Notes: generated by a model not told the origin, from the sequence alone. DNA of 44,109 nt from Ignavibacterium sp. (GCA_018059515.1 JAGOXU010000001.1:1-44109); one strand, 5' to 3'; positions 9,502-19,080 are shown, numbered from the stretch's first letter. Numbers and translations: made by a program.

Positions 9502-9529
9502 CTTTGCGACTTAGCGTCTTTGCGTGAAA
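9502..9529. repeat. right arm of the 28-nt inverted repeat bracketing the GxxExxY gene
   Basis: ctttgcgacttagcgtctttgcgtgaaa, the reverse complement of the left arm with three mismatches. Confidence 0.85.
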
Positions 9530-9545
9530 AATATTAAGGATTAAA

Positions 9546-10901
9546 ATGGAAATAATATATCTCATAATCGGTTTGGTAATTGGATTTGTAATTGCGTTTT
9601 TATTTTTTAAAACCAAAAAAACAATTCCGATTGAAGAAGCAAACAAACTAAACGAGCTAATCAACTCATTAAAAGTTGAAGCTGGAAGTTTAAGTAAGCA
9701 TATCAACCTTCTTGAAGATGATAAACTTTCACTTCAATCTGATTTGAAAATCGAAAGAGAAAAATCCGAGAAACTCAATGCTGAGAATTCTTCACTCAAA
9801 TCTGATTTTACAAATCTTCAAACAAAATTAGCAGAGCAAAAAGGGGAAGTAGAAAAGTTACAGGATAAATTCACTACGGAATTTGAAAATCTTGCTAACA
9901 AAATCTTTGAAGAAAAAGGCAATAAGTTTTCTGAACAGAACAAAGAAAAGCTAAGTGAGATTTTAAATCCATTAAAAGAAAAAATTTCTGATTTCGAAAG
10001 AAAAGTTGATGAGACCAATAAAGAGAATATAAAAGGAAATGCTTCTTTAAAAGAACAGCTTCAATCACTTAAGGAAATGAATCAGCAGATAACCCAGGAA
10101 GCAAAGAATTTAACAACAGCATTAAAGGGGCAAAGCAAAACACAGGGTAATTGGGGCGAGTTTATTCTTGAAAGCATTCTTGAAAAATCCGGACTTGTAA
10201 AAGGTAGAGAATATGTTGTTCAGGAGAGTATTACCGCAGAATCAGGAAGAAGATTCCAGCCGGATGTAATTATAAATTTACCTGAGAATAAAAGTATAAT
10301 TATCGATTCCAAAGTCTCGCTTATCGGATATGAAAAATTTATTTCTGAAGAAGATGAACATCAAAAACAGCTTGGATTGAGAGAACATATAAATTCCATT
10401 CGTGCACACATAAAAAACCTTAGCGGAAAGAATTATCAAAATCTTTATCAGATAGAAAGTTTAGATTTTGTGTTGATGTTTATGCCTATCGAACCAGCCT
10501 TTGCTTACGCTGTGCAAAATGATCCTTCTATTTTTACAGATGCATTTGAACAGAATATTGTAATTGTCAGTCCATCAACATTACTTGCAACATTAAGAAC
10601 TATATCAAGTATTTGGCGTCAGGAAAATCAAAATAAAAACGCGATGGAGATTGCTCGACAAGCTGGAACGCTTTACGATAAGTTTGTGAATTTTTATAAT
10701 GATCTTTTAGATGTTGGCAAGAGATTAGATTCCGCAAAAGATTCTTATGAAAATGCGATGAAGAAAATACACGATGGAAGGGGGAATTTGATTTCTGGAG
10801 TCGAAAAAATGAAACAGCTTGGAGCAAAAGCAAGTAAATCTTTACCGCCAGCCGCATTAAATCGTGCTGATATTGATGATGATAATTTATTGAATAATTG
10901 A
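9546..10901 (+). CDS. rmuC: DNA recombination protein RmuC
   Basis: N-terminal TM helix, a long coiled coil, then the RmuC core: QGNWGEFILESILEKSGL...RFQPDVIINLPENKSIIIDSKVSL. Confidence 0.9.
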   Translation: MEIIYLIIGLVIGFVIAFLFFKTKKTIPIEEANKLNELINSLKVEAGSLSKHINLLEDDKLSLQSDLKIEREKSEKLNAENSSLKSDFTNLQTKLAEQKGEVEKLQDKFTTEFENLANKIFEEKGNKFSEQNKEKLSEILNPLKEKISDFERKVDETNKENIKGNASLKEQLQSLKEMNQQITQEAKNLTTALKGQSKTQGNWGEFILESILEKSGLVKGREYVVQESITAESGRRFQPDVIINLPENKSIIIDSKVSLIGYEKFISEEDEHQKQLGLREHINSIRAHIKNLSGKNYQNLYQIESLDFVLMFMPIEPAFAYAVQNDPSIFTDAFEQNIVIVSPSTLLATLRTISSIWRQENQNKNAMEIARQAGTLYDKFVNFYNDLLDVGKRLDSAKDSYENAMKKIHDGRGNLISGVEKMKQLGAKASKSLPPAALNRADIDDDNLLNN

Positions 10902-11341
10902 TGATTATAAGACCACCACAAACAGAAGAAGAATTTGAAAGATATCGAGATTTGCGCTGGCGAATTCTACGCGCTCCCTGGAATCAGCCAAGAGGAAGTG
11001 AAGTTGATGAGATAGAATCAAAAGCTTTTCCTATTATGGTTTGTGAAGTTGATGAAATCCCGGTTGGAGTTGGAAGAGTTCATTTTAATTCTGAAACTGA
11101 AGCCCAAATCCGTTCTATGGCGGTTGAAGAAAATTGGCGTGGAAAGGGAATTGGTTCGATAGTTTTAAAAGAATTAGAAAATATCGCAATTGAAAAAGGT
11201 GCAAAAAAAATTATTCTTCACGCTCGTGATAATGCTGTTAAGTTCTACGAAGGAAATGGTTATAAAGTTGTGAAAGAATCACATACTTTGTTTGGAGTGA
11301 TTCCGCATTTTCTAATGCAAAAAATAATAGAACACGGATGA
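10898..11341 (+). CDS. GNAT-family N-acetyltransferase
   Basis: 147 aa. Acetyl-CoA motif A: IRSMAVEENWRGKGIGSIVL. ATGA start/stop overlap with rmuC. Confidence 0.85.
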   Translation: MMIIRPPQTEEEFERYRDLRWRILRAPWNQPRGSEVDEIESKAFPIMVCEVDEIPVGVGRVHFNSETEAQIRSMAVEENWRGKGIGSIVLKELENIAIEKGAKKIILHARDNAVKFYEGNGYKVVKESHTLFGVIPHFLMQKIIEHG

Positions 11342-11367
11342 CACGGATTTCACGGATCAGCACAGAT
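11333..11367. repeat. four tandem 9-10-nt units of CAC(G/A)GAT
   Basis: cacggatga|cacggattt|cacggatcag|cacagat. The GNAT stop codon lies inside the first unit. The array fills most of the convergent gap to the EVE gene. Confidence 0.7.
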
Positions 11368-11385
11368 TAGAATGATTTATGATTT

Positions 11386-11850
11386 TTAATTTCCCATCCT
11401 CACAATTTCATCAAACTCATCTTTTGTAACAGGCATAACAGATAACCGGTTTCCACGAGCTACCAATCTCATATTTTTTAGTTTTGGATTTGATTTAATT
11501 GCATCAAGAGTAACAGGAGTTTTAAATTCCTTTACAAATTTAACATCAACCATAATCCATGCTGGATTTTTTGGATCAGCTTTTGGATCATAATGATTGC
11601 TATCAGGGTCGAATTGTGTGTGATCAGGATATCCTTCTTCTACAACTTCACAAATCCCAATAACAGCAAGCGGATTGGAGTTGCTGTGATAAAATAAAAC
11701 CTTATCACCCTTTTTCATTTCATCACGCAAAAAGTTTCTTGCCTGATAATTTCTTACTCCATCCCAAAAAGTTGTTTGATTTTTGCTCTTCTTCAAATCG
11801 TTAAGCGAAAAAGATTCCGGTTCTGATTTTATGAGCCAATATTTTTGCAT
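11386..11850 (-). CDS. EVE (PUA-like) domain protein
   Basis: MQKYWLIKSEPESFSLNDL...WDGVRNYQARNFLRDEMKKGDKVLFYHSN is the canonical stand-alone EVE-domain pattern. Confidence 0.88.
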   Translation of the reverse strand: MQKYWLIKSEPESFSLNDLKKSKNQTTFWDGVRNYQARNFLRDEMKKGDKVLFYHSNSNPLAVIGICEVVEEGYPDHTQFDPDSNHYDPKADPKNPAWIMVDVKFVKEFKTPVTLDAIKSNPKLKNMRLVARGNRLSVMPVTKDEFDEIVRMGN

Positions 11851-11934
11851 TATAAAACTCCGATTATTCTACTTATAATTTGGTACTATTTTTCTAAATT
11901 GCACTTACTTTATGTGTAAATATATTAAATCATA

Positions 11935-12597
11935 ATGACTATAAAGAAAACCATTTTACTTTTTGTATTATTATTTGCAGTATCGTTAGACGCACAAAAT
12001 GAAACAGGATTTCAAATTGCGCGTCTTAAGTACAGCGGCGGCGGTGATTGGTACAATGACCCATCCGCAGAAGTAAATCTTTTAAAATTTGTGCAAGCAA
12101 ATACAAACATTAAAGTAAAAGCGGAATATAAATTTGTTGATGTTGCATCGGATGAAATTTTTTCGTATCCATTTTTATTTTTAACGGGTCATGGAAATAT
12201 TGTGCTCTCATCCGATGAGGCAAAACGCTTAAGAACCTTTTTAGATAACGGCGGATTTCTTTACATTGATGATGACTATGGTTTGGATAAAGCAATACGC
12301 AGAGAAATGAAAAAGGTTTACCCCGAAAAAAATTTTATAGAGTTACCGTTCAGTAATAAGATATTTAATATTTTTTATAAGTTTGAAAACGGAACACCTA
12401 AAACTCATGAGCATGATAAAAAACCTCCGCAATCTTTTGGAATATTTAATGGAGAAAAATTAGCTGTGTTATATACTTACGAATCAAATCCCAGCGATGG
12501 CTGGGCTGATCCTGAAGTTCATAACGATCCGCAAAATAAAAGAGAAGAAGCGCTTAAGTTTGGTACTAATATTATTGTTTATGCTTTAAGTAAATAA
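11935..12597 (+). CDS. DUF4159-domain protein (class-I glutamine-amidotransferase-like fold, Bat-associated)
   Basis: Signal peptide, then RLKYSGGGDWYNDPSAEVNLL...FLFLTGHGNIVLSSDE...GGFLYIDDDYG. Confidence 0.8.
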   Translation: MTIKKTILLFVLLFAVSLDAQNETGFQIARLKYSGGGDWYNDPSAEVNLLKFVQANTNIKVKAEYKFVDVASDEIFSYPFLFLTGHGNIVLSSDEAKRLRTFLDNGGFLYIDDDYGLDKAIRREMKKVYPEKNFIELPFSNKIFNIFYKFENGTPKTHEHDKKPPQSFGIFNGEKLAVLYTYESNPSDGWADPEVHNDPQNKREEALKFGTNIIVYALSK

Positions 12598-12599
12598 AA

Positions 12600-15500
12600 A
12601 TGAATACTAGTTTTTACAAAGAAATAATTAACAAATTAGAATTACTTATCAAAAAAGAGTACGCTGCACTTTTTTTAAAAGGATTATTACTCACTTCAAT
12701 AATAATTCTCGCAGTTTTCACTTTTTTTAGTTTGATAGAATTAGCTGCAAACTTAAAATCGTTAGTTAGAACTATTTTGTTTTTTATTTTTATTATTACT
12801 GCAATTGGATCGGTGAGTTATTTGATTCTAATTCCACTCTTAAAATATTTTAATGTATTTAAAAAGTGGGATTATTTTTATTCTGCAAACAAGGTGGGAA
12901 AATATTTCCCAGAGATTAAAGACGATCTTTTAAACGCAATGCAGCTTGTTTCTACTGATAAATCAAAATCACTTTACTCAACAAATTTACTTGATGCGGC
13001 ATTTAAAAATGTTTATGAAAGAGCAAAGCCAATCAGCTTTGAAAGTATTGTTGATTTTACTAAAGTTAAAAAGTTTTCAGTTTATTTTTTATCTCTAATA
13101 ATCTTATCTGCTTTACTTTTTATTACCGTTCCCGGCTTGCAGGCTGCATCAAACAGATTGATAAATTTTAATAAAGAATTTATTCCACCAGCAAAATTTT
13201 ATTTTGAAGTTTTTCCCGGTAATACAGATATAACAAAAGGAGAAAGCGTTGATTTTGTTATTCGGGTTAAAGGTGAAATTCCTAAAAAAATATTTTTACT
13301 AACGCGAGAAGAATCGCAAACAAATTTTGAAGAACACGAACTTCAAAAAGATTCCGTGGGTAATTACAAATTTTCGATCCAGCAGCTTCGCTCATCTTTA
13401 AATTATTTTGCTTCTGCTGAAGATATAAAAAGTGAAGAGTTTAAAATTAACGTTATTGATCGTCCGGTTATAAGATCGATGGATGTAAAAGTTATTTCAC
13501 CAGGCTATTCAGGCATTCCGATTATCGAACAAAAGGATAACGGAAATATCTCTGCGCTAATTGGAAGTACAGTTGATATTAGTCTATTATCAAACAAAGA
13601 ATTAAAATCTGCGTACATTGAATTTGAAGACTCAACTAAAACGAACTTGACTGTGCACAATAATTTGGTTAAAGGATCTTTTAAAATCAGGAAAGATAAT
13701 TCTTATGTAATTTTATTAAATGATTTAAATGAAAATCAAAATCTTCAGCCGGTTAGATATTATATCAAAGCAAATTATGATGGCAATCCGACCATTGAAT
13801 TATCGTATCCAAAACAAGATATAAATCTTGCTAACGACAGCAGAGTTGCAATTGAAGTTAGGGTAAATGATGATTATGGTTTTTCAAAACTTAATCTTAA
13901 TTACAGACTTACGTCTTCAAGATATGAACCTGTGCAGGAAAAATTTGCTACTTTAGAAATTGCTATCGATAAAAAAATAAAAGAACAAATCGTAGATCAT
14001 ATTTGGAATCTTACTCAAATAAATCCCGCTGTTAATGATGTTTATTCTTTTTACTTGGAAATATTTGATAACGATAATATTAGCGGACCAAAATCTGCAA
14101 AAACGCAAATCATCAATGTGCGAGTTCCTTCGCTTGATGAAATTTTGGCTAACGCTGATGAAACTCAAGATAATGTTCAAGATGAAATGAAGGAAACTTT
14201 AAAAGAAGCTGAAGAACTAAAAAAAGAATTAGAAAAAATTGATAAAGATTTAAAACAGGATAAACAAGAAATTAGCTGGGAGGAAAAAGAAAAAATTGAA
14301 CAAGCGTTGGATAAGTTTGAAAAGCTTCAGGAAAAAATGGAAGCTGCAAGCGACCAATTAAAACAGATGCAAAACGAACTTCAGCAAAATCAATTACTTT
14401 CTGAAGAAACACTTGAAAAGTATATGGAATTGCAAAAGTTGATGGATGAGATGACGAGTGATGAAATGAAGAAAGCGATGCAGAAAATGCAGGATGCACT
14501 TGAAAAGATGAATCGCAATCAAACACAGGATGCAATGAACCAGATGAAAATGGATGAGGAGAAATTCAAGAAAAGTATTGAGCGAACTATGAATTTGTTG
14601 AAGCGAATTCAAGTTGAACAAAAAATGGATGAGATGATTAAACGAACAGAAAATCTTGAACAGAAACAAAATGAACTTAATGAGCAAACAAAGCAAAGCG
14701 ATTTAAATAATCAAAAGCAAAATGATGAATTAACAAAAAAGCAGGATGAAATTTCTAAAGAGCTTGATAGACTGCAAGAGAAGATGGATGAGCTTAAAGA
14801 TAAAATGAGCGAACTTAAAGATATGCCGAATGAAGAAATGGAAAAGCTGCAGGAAGAATTTGAGAAACAAAAAAACGAGGAACTTTCTGACCAGGCAAAA
14901 CAAGATTTAAAGCAAAATCAAAAACAAAAGGCACAAAAAAATCAGCAACAGCTTTCTAAAAATATGCAGCAGATGAAATCATCTATGCAGCAAATGCAGG
15001 AACAGATGCAGCAGGAAAATCAGATGCAAACTTTTACAGATATGATGCGCATTCTTGATAATATTTTGTCTTTATCAAAACAACAGGAAGAACTAAAAAA
15101 TAAACTGCAAAATGTTGATCCGAATTCATCACAGTTTGAAGAAAATCTTCAGAAGCAAAATGAGATTAAGAAAAATCTTAACAAACTATTAGAGCAGATG
15201 TCGGAATTATCACAAAAAACTTTTGCAATCTCACCTGAAATGGGAAAAGCGCTCGGCAATGCAAATCAAAAGATGAATCAGTCAATGCAATCGATGCAGA
15301 ACAGAAACGGAAGTATGGCTACTCTTTCGCAAAGCGATGCGATGATGCATTTGAATGAAGCTGCAAATATGATGAAGAGTTCACTTGAATCGATGATGCA
15401 GGGCGGCAGCGGAAGCGGCGGAATGATGTCGCTTATGCAGCAGTTACAAAAAATGAGCGGACAGCAAATGGACTTAAATAATATGACTCAAATGCTAAAA

Positions 15501-15983
15501 CAAATGCAGCAAGGTCAATTATCCCCTGAGCAACAAGGACAAATGCAAAGACTTGCACAACAACAGCAGATGATTCAAAAATCACTTGAGCAGTTGAATA
15601 AAGAAGCAAAGCAAAGCGGTGAGTCTAAAAAAATTCCGGCTGATCTTGAAAATATTGTTAATCAAATGCGCGAAGTTGTAACCGATATGAATACAGAAAA
15701 GTTAAGCGATGATCTGATTCAGAAACAGGAAAAGATTTTATCAAAACTTTTGGATGCGCAAAAATCTATTAATGAAAGAGATTTTGAAAAGGAGAGAAAA
15801 TCTGAAAGCGGAAATAATTTTACACGCAACAGTCCAGCCGAATTAAATCTTTCTAATCAAAAAGGAAAAGAAAAATTAAAAGATGAGTTGAATCGAGCAG
15901 TACAGGAAGGTTACAACAAAGATTATGAAGAGCTTATTAGAAAATATTATGACGCGCTTCAGAAAGAAAAAATCAATAATTAA
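12600..15983 (+). CDS. 1127-aa membrane-anchored protein with a very long Gln/Met/Lys/Glu-rich coiled coil (possibly DUF4175-like)
   Basis: N-terminal TM helices and a beta-rich middle, followed by ~600 aa of heptad-like low-complexity sequence (e.g. MQQMKSSMQQMQEQMQQENQMQ). It starts 2 nt after the DUF4159 gene. The family assignment is from memory only. Confidence 0.6.
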   Translation: MNTSFYKEIINKLELLIKKEYAALFLKGLLLTSIIILAVFTFFSLIELAANLKSLVRTILFFIFIITAIGSVSYLILIPLLKYFNVFKKWDYFYSANKVGKYFPEIKDDLLNAMQLVSTDKSKSLYSTNLLDAAFKNVYERAKPISFESIVDFTKVKKFSVYFLSLIILSALLFITVPGLQAASNRLINFNKEFIPPAKFYFEVFPGNTDITKGESVDFVIRVKGEIPKKIFLLTREESQTNFEEHELQKDSVGNYKFSIQQLRSSLNYFASAEDIKSEEFKINVIDRPVIRSMDVKVISPGYSGIPIIEQKDNGNISALIGSTVDISLLSNKELKSAYIEFEDSTKTNLTVHNNLVKGSFKIRKDNSYVILLNDLNENQNLQPVRYYIKANYDGNPTIELSYPKQDINLANDSRVAIEVRVNDDYGFSKLNLNYRLTSSRYEPVQEKFATLEIAIDKKIKEQIVDHIWNLTQINPAVNDVYSFYLEIFDNDNISGPKSAKTQIINVRVPSLDEILANADETQDNVQDEMKETLKEAEELKKELEKIDKDLKQDKQEISWEEKEKIEQALDKFEKLQEKMEAASDQLKQMQNELQQNQLLSEETLEKYMELQKLMDEMTSDEMKKAMQKMQDALEKMNRNQTQDAMNQMKMDEEKFKKSIERTMNLLKRIQVEQKMDEMIKRTENLEQKQNELNEQTKQSDLNNQKQNDELTKKQDEISKELDRLQEKMDELKDKMSELKDMPNEEMEKLQEEFEKQKNEELSDQAKQDLKQNQKQKAQKNQQQLSKNMQQMKSSMQQMQEQMQQENQMQTFTDMMRILDNILSLSKQQEELKNKLQNVDPNSSQFEENLQKQNEIKKNLNKLLEQMSELSQKTFAISPEMGKALGNANQKMNQSMQSMQNRNGSMATLSQSDAMMHLNEAANMMKSSLESMMQGGSGSGGMMSLMQQLQKMSGQQMDLNNMTQMLKQMQQGQLSPEQQGQMQRLAQQQQMIQKSLEQLNKEAKQSGESKKIPADLENIVNQMREVVTDMNTEKLSDDLIQKQEKILSKLLDAQKSINERDFEKERKSESGNNFTRNSPAELNLSNQKGKEKLKDELNRAVQEGYNKDYEELIRKYYDALQKEKINN

Positions 15984-16093
15984 GCTATAAGTAAACTTTA
16001 TTTAGTTCTCATCAACGATTGATTTCCAATCACAAACTTGCTATTTTCTAACCCGTTATTCAATAGGATTTTATAGTAATCACTTATTAAACG

Positions 16094-17326
16094 ATGTTCG
16101 AAAAATTAGTGGATGAAAAAACAAATTTAGGATCATCAAATCACTTTGATCTTGAAAAATTACTTGAACTTGGAGACTGGAAAGAGCTTTTTCTCGGTCT
16201 TTTTAATGTAGCAAGGGAATTATTTTTTATTCTTGATGAAGGAGGTTCAATTCTTTCCATTAATCAGTTTGGAGCATCAACCTTAGATTATACTGCCGAG
16301 GAATTAATTGGTAAACACTTTATGGATTTGATTGATCCGATGCACACGCAGCTTGTAAATGCCTCAATAAATCTTGCGCTTAAAAATGATAACTCCTTTT
16401 TTGAAGCCTCGCTTGTAAATAGATATGAAAAAATAAATCGTTATCAGATTAGCATTAAAACGATACGAAGAGAAAATAAAATTATTGGTCTGCTTGGTGT
16501 GGGAAAAGAAGTAACGCTACAAAGAAAACTTGAAAACGAGTTGGCAGTTATTAAACCAAAATTGATGGAAGCCGAAAGACTTATAACTTTAGAAAGAGCA
16601 AGATCATCACACCACAGAATGATGTTAGATGAATTGAATAAAATGAAAAGCGAATTTGTTTCTAACATTTCGCACGAAATGCGTACACCGCTTGCTTCTA
16701 TTGTTGGATTTTCTGAAACTATTGCATCCGATCCAAATATGCCAATGGAAATGCGGAATGAGTTTAATCTTATTATACTTAATGAAGGTAAGAGATTAGC
16801 AAAACTGATAAATGATGTTTTGGATATATCTCGAATGGAAACGGGAAGGATTGCGCTTAATAAATCTAAGGTTAATATTGTTAAAATAATTAAGCGAATG
16901 ATCGATAATAGTAAAGAAGCATTATCGGCAAAAAATCTTATTCTAACATTAGAAGCGCCTTATGAAGAGATATTGATTGAAGCGGATGAAGAGCGCTTAT
17001 TGCAAGCGTTAGATTCCTTATTAGAAAACTCAATCAAATTTTCTAAAGAAAGCGGAAGAATTAAGGTTATATTGAATAATCTGTTCAGAGAAGTTGAAAT
17101 AGTTATTACAGATACCGGAATTGGCATACCTGAAAAAGATCTGCCGTTCCTTTTTCAAAAATTTTATAGAGTTAACCGTTCTGATTCTGATATTTCTGGC
17201 GCGGGGATGGGATTGGTTTTTGTAAAACAAATTGTAGATTTGCATAAGGGTTTAATCAGTATTCAGAGCGAAACCAATAAAGGAACCTCTGTTTTGATAA
17301 AACTACTAAAGAATGTTCGAGACTAG
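16094..17326 (+). CDS. PAS-domain sensor histidine kinase
   Basis: PAS region, H-box SHEMRTPL, N-box ENSIKFS, G1 DTGIGI, G2 GAGMGL. Confidence 0.9.
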   Translation: MFEKLVDEKTNLGSSNHFDLEKLLELGDWKELFLGLFNVARELFFILDEGGSILSINQFGASTLDYTAEELIGKHFMDLIDPMHTQLVNASINLALKNDNSFFEASLVNRYEKINRYQISIKTIRRENKIIGLLGVGKEVTLQRKLENELAVIKPKLMEAERLITLERARSSHHRMMLDELNKMKSEFVSNISHEMRTPLASIVGFSETIASDPNMPMEMRNEFNLIILNEGKRLAKLINDVLDISRMETGRIALNKSKVNIVKIIKRMIDNSKEALSAKNLILTLEAPYEEILIEADEERLLQALDSLLENSIKFSKESGRIKVILNNLFREVEIVITDTGIGIPEKDLPFLFQKFYRVNRSDSDISGAGMGLVFVKQIVDLHKGLISIQSETNKGTSVLIKLLKNVRD

Positions 17327-17344
17327 AAAAAATAGGATAGAAAA

Positions 17345-18727
17345 GTGGAAAAACTGATCTTTATTGTTGATGATGAACAAGCAATTTCAAAATTGCTTAG
17401 TTATTGGGCTAAAGATAAATGGAAGTATCAAGTAGAAACTTTTGCAACAGCGGAAGATGCTTTAAAAAATCTTAGCAAAAAACCGGATGTAATTCTTTTA
17501 GATATTATGCTCCCGGGAATGGATGGAATTGAAACGCTTAAACGTATTAAGCAGTTTGATGATAATATTCCGGTTATAATGCTCTCTGCGCAAGGCAGCA
17601 TAGAAGTGGCTGTTGAAGCCCTTAGATACGGAGCGTTTGATTATTTTACAAAACCGATCGATCAGCAAAAGTTAGAACTTGCAATAAAAAATTCTATAAA
17701 AAATTATGATCTTACTCGTGAACTGCAAAATTTAAAAGAGAACGTAAAAAAAGAATACAGTTTTGATAGCATTATTTCATCAGATGGAAAAATGCAGGAT
17801 GTTTTTAAGCTTGTAACAAAAGTACTGCACAATGATATTACGGTTTTAATTTATGGTGAAAGCGGTACAGGTAAAGAACTTATTGCACGCGCAATTCATT
17901 ATAATGGACAGAGAAAAGATAAACCGTTTGTTGTAGTCAATTGTGCCTCAATTCCTCGTGAACTTTTGGAAAGCGAATTGTTTGGTCATGAAAAAGGATC
18001 ATTTACCGGCGCACACGCACGCAAGCTTGGTAAATTTGAAATTGCAAAAGGCGGAACAATATTTTTAGATGAAGTTGGCGAACTTGAAATGCTGCTTCAA
18101 GCTAAATTACTTCGTGTAATACAGCAAAAAGAATTTGAAAGAGTTGGCGGAACAGAATTAATTAAAACTGATGTGAGGATAATTTCTGCAACAAACAGAG
18201 ATCTGAAAAAAGCCGTAGAGAATAAAGAGTTTAGAGAAGATCTTTATTATAGATTGAATTCTTTTCCTATTTCAATTCCGCCATTAAGACAACGCAAAAG
18301 CGATGTATTGATTTTATCAGAACATTTCATTCAAAAATTTAGTGCAAAGCTTCAGAAAGTATCTAAAGGATTTACTAAACGTGCCTTAAAACTTGTTTAC
18401 GAATATAATTGGCCCGGAAATGTTAGAGAATTAGAAAACACAATCGAACGATGTTTAATTATTACCGATAAGGATACAATTGATGTTGATGATTTACCGG
18501 CACATTTAAGATCGGGTGAAAGCTCCACAGGAGTTGAATATACGGGTCCACTATTCAGTGATGAAACCGTAATCCCTTTTGAAAAATTAAAAGAAGAATC
18601 CATAAGACATGCCTTAAATATTACAAATGGAAATATTGTTGAAGCAGCCAAAAGATTACAGCTTGGCAGAGCAACAATTTACAGGCTGATGGACAAGTAT
18701 AAAATCGAAAACAGATCAACAGAGTAG
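17345..18727 (+). CDS. sigma-54-dependent response regulator (NtrC family)
   Basis: REC domain (DVILLDIMLPGMDG), AAA+ domain with GESGTGKE, ESELFGHEKGSFTGA and VRIISATN, and a C-terminal Fis-type HTH. GTG start. Confidence 0.9.
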   Translation: MEKLIFIVDDEQAISKLLSYWAKDKWKYQVETFATAEDALKNLSKKPDVILLDIMLPGMDGIETLKRIKQFDDNIPVIMLSAQGSIEVAVEALRYGAFDYFTKPIDQQKLELAIKNSIKNYDLTRELQNLKENVKKEYSFDSIISSDGKMQDVFKLVTKVLHNDITVLIYGESGTGKELIARAIHYNGQRKDKPFVVVNCASIPRELLESELFGHEKGSFTGAHARKLGKFEIAKGGTIFLDEVGELEMLLQAKLLRVIQQKEFERVGGTELIKTDVRIISATNRDLKKAVENKEFREDLYYRLNSFPISIPPLRQRKSDVLILSEHFIQKFSAKLQKVSKGFTKRALKLVYEYNWPGNVRELENTIERCLIITDKDTIDVDDLPAHLRSGESSTGVEYTGPLFSDETVIPFEKLKEESIRHALNITNGNIVEAAKRLQLGRATIYRLMDKYKIENRSTE

Positions 18728-18741
18728 AGGGAAAAAATAAT

Positions 18742-19080
18742 ATGGAATTTTTTAGACAAGATTTAGATGATGTTATCGTATTGACGGTAAATCTTAAAAG
18801 AGCAACTTTAGTTGAAGCCGAAGAATTTAAACAAGTGCTGGTAAATGAAATACAAAGAGGCTTTAAAAAAATAGTTGTAGATCTTTCAACTTGCGAGTTT
18901 ATCGATTCTACTTTCCTTGGCAGCCTTGTAGTTTCATTAAAAAAATTAACAGGACTTGGCGGTGATCTTCGATTGGTAGGATTTCAACCAGCCGTGCACT
19001 CGATGTTTGAGTTAACCAGAATGTATCGTGTTTTTGAATCTTTCAAATCAAGCGACGAAGCGGTTCAAAGTTTTAAGTAA
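18742..19080 (+). CDS. STAS-domain anti-sigma-factor antagonist (SpoIIAA/RsbV-like)
   Basis: 112 aa. Contains the conserved phospho-serine context CEFIDSTFLGSLV. Confidence 0.85.
   Translation: MEFFRQDLDDVIVLTVNLKRATLVEAEEFKQVLVNEIQRGFKKIVVDLSTCEFIDSTFLGSLVVSLKKLTGLGGDLRLVGFQPAVHSMFELTRMYRVFESFKSSDEAVQSFK

Noticed and set aside
14272-14696. Two antisense ORFs (87 and 100 aa) inside the coiled-coil gene. Similar antisense ORFs lie inside prfA (21421-21744), hutH (7189-7521), the MFS gene, the SPOR gene and the T9SS genes.
   Set aside because: They lie opposite strongly supported genes, have low-complexity composition mirroring the sense-strand bias, and lack start-site signals.
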